This document shows, piece by piece, positions 63,049 to 64,000 of a stretch of DNA of 64,000 nucleotides. The position numbers and the translations under genes are program-made. This DNA comes from Poseidonia sp. (lineage in GTDB: Archaea; Thermoplasmatota; Poseidoniia; Poseidoniales; Poseidoniaceae): positions 1,041 through 65,040 of the forward strand of contig JAURAI010000009.1 in assembly GCA_030829545.1 (NCBI GenBank), given 5' to 3'. The first letter of the stretch is position 1; each line of letters begins with the position of its first letter. Below the pieces are notes generated by a model. The model saw only the letters and a program-made list of their open reading frames with translations, did no database searches and was not told the DNA's origin.

Positions 63049-63542
63049 GCCTGCATCAATGCTTCATACAAATCGCTGAGGCGGTCGGGGTTGACGCCCA
63101 AATCACTCACTCCAAGACGCGACGAGGAGTACAGCGAGACGCTGGTTGACTGCTGGTCAAGAGGAGTGAATTTGACAACGACATCATCTGGAAAACGCCA
63201 GAATGGAGTAATGGCAACTCGATGAGAAAAGTGTTCACCGTCTTCTCCAATCCGGTCGTATTCAACCTCCAATTGTTCATCGCTCGACCACGATTCAAAG
63301 GCAGCCCACAATTCGGAAACATTGGCATCCATCGTCGCCGAGAAACTCGCTTCCATTCGCACCAATCCGCCTTCACCAATCGATGCACAATTTTGAGTGC
63401 CTTCGGGACAAAACGGCAGCGTGGAGTGTTCGGGGGTTGGGGCACCCACGAGGATCCATCCCTGAACAAAGAGCCAAGGGGCGCTGAGAAGCAATGCTAC
63501 GAGTCCCAATGATTTCCAGCGTTGAGGAGTCATCATCGTCAA
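63045..63542 (-). CDS. DUF1499-like membrane-anchored protein
   Basis: N-terminal TM. CPEGTQNCAS, FPDDVVV and SSSRLGVSDLGVNPDRL resemble conserved DUF1499 blocks, recalled from memory. Confidence 0.6.
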   Translation of the reverse strand: MTMMTPQRWKSLGLVALLLSAPWLFVQGWILVGAPTPEHSTLPFCPEGTQNCASIGEGGLVRMEASFSATMDANVSELWAAFESWSSDEQLEVEYDRIGEDGEHFSHRVAITPFWRFPDDVVVKFTPLDQQSTSVSLYSSSRLGVSDLGVNPDRLSDLYEALMQA

Positions 63543-63575
63543 ACCTCATTTCTTCGAAGACCTTTGCAGATGAAT

Positions 63576-64000
63576 TCACAGGGTCGTTGGACCGCCTGCG
63601 GGCATGGTGGCGAGCATCGTCACGGATTCGCCACGGAGACTCGGCCCGATGTCGAAGGTCCCAAAGATGCCAATGTCGGCAAGATTGTGAGAAAGAGAAA
63701 ACCAGGTGCGTCCGTATGCATCAACGCGAATGTCGAGGAAGTCGCCCAATCCACCGCATCGATTGTAACCGCAATCGGGTTCAGTATCAATCGGGTCGTC
63801 CACGCCGTTGAGTTGTACGGTGGTTAGCAGCGGTGTTTCGTTGAAGGCATCGGTGGCATAGGTAAGATAGGCATTCCAAGTTTCGTCCTCTTCACCTGCT
63901 TCACCGACGTAGCCAAATGCTACGGTGCCTGCGTCGCCCGCTACAACGACAGGGAAACCCGTTCCAGAGAGGTTAATGGGTGGAGCGATCATGGTGGCAT
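63576..64000 (-). CDS. C-terminal part of a secreted beta-propeller-like protein, paralog of the 39839..41317 lipoprotein (open at window end)
   Basis: The reading frame stays open to position 64000. The C-terminal 100 aa align by eye with the C-terminus of the BNR lipoprotein (..DDP(V/I)..C....C...G...D(F/L)(N/L)D(L/I)..D..GR...). Confidence 0.6.
   Translation of the reverse strand, partial: ATMIAPPINLSGTGFPVVVAGDAGTVAFGYVGEAGEEDETWNAYLTYATDAFNETPLLTTVQLNGVDDPIDTEPDCGYNRCGGLGDFLDIRVDAYGRTWFSLSHNLADIGIFGTFDIGPSLRGESVTMLATMPAGGPTTL

Noticed and set aside
63522-63827. 101-aa plus-strand ORF ending in ...LYGG directly before a stop, near the JAMM protease. It could be a SAMP/ubiquitin-like substrate.
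   Set aside because: It is entirely antisense to a minus-strand ORF with clear paralogy to the BNR lipoprotein. Its composition (Arg/His-rich, no beta-grasp pattern) looks like non-coding translation.

Overview
This is a gene-dense chromosomal window with about 50 CDS, 2 tRNAs and very short spacers. It reads as archaeal. My best inference is a marine planktonic euryarchaeon of the Marine Group II / Poseidoniales type. Supporting evidence: an archaeal-type tRNA-Gln (5' AGUCCC), TATA boxes about 25 nt upstream of start codons (leaderless mRNAs), a TrmB-type regulator, a Taw2/TYW2-like enzyme and an NFACT protein. These are mixed with many bacterial-type metabolic genes (RNase PH, RibA, MogA, TPMT), several peptidases (M32, M29-like, S15), carotenoid genes and giant Ca-binding surface proteins.

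I found no CRISPR array, integrase, transposase, prophage or classical defence genes.

Content in order:
- tRNA-Gln.
- An RNA-metabolism-rich stretch: Nudix-MBL fusion, NFACT/RqcH, DEAD-box helicase with an RGG tail, bacterial-type RNase PH, tRNA-Phe.
- MogA, PyrC and two peptidases.
- A 13-kb surface/adhesion block: a 2106-aa integrin-alpha-like FG-GAP plus thrombospondin-type-3 protein followed by an EF-hand/PQ-rich/zinc-ribbon protein, then a three-gene operon of TSP3 protein, Ig-like protein and DUF4105-like protein.
- A light/oxidative-stress supercluster: SRPBCC-epimerase, class II photolyase and Nudix, divergent from RibA, Bcp, a TrmB-like regulator, ABC1 kinase, CrtI and CrtB.
- A surface-glycan block: BNR lipoprotein, GT4, GT2, TPMT and a 1582-aa beta-helix protein.
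- Two stand-alone RAM proteins convergent with a wHTH-NB-ARC-TPR STAND ATPase.
- UvrC, a 1014-aa orphan surface protein, Taw2-like, an anchored cyclophilin, an S15 peptidase plus orphan receiver, and an acidic protein divergent from a JAMM protease.

The most interesting candidate for an undescribed system is a set of single-pass surface proteins. Their cytoplasmic tails carry proline-rich (PPLP, PPxR) or WW-like Trp-rich motifs, and they are genetically coupled to cytosolic EF-hand/zinc-ribbon and DUF4105-like partners. This is a eukaryote-like adhesion and tail-adaptor architecture in an archaeon.

All functional calls rest on motif recognition by eye. None has been checked by database search.
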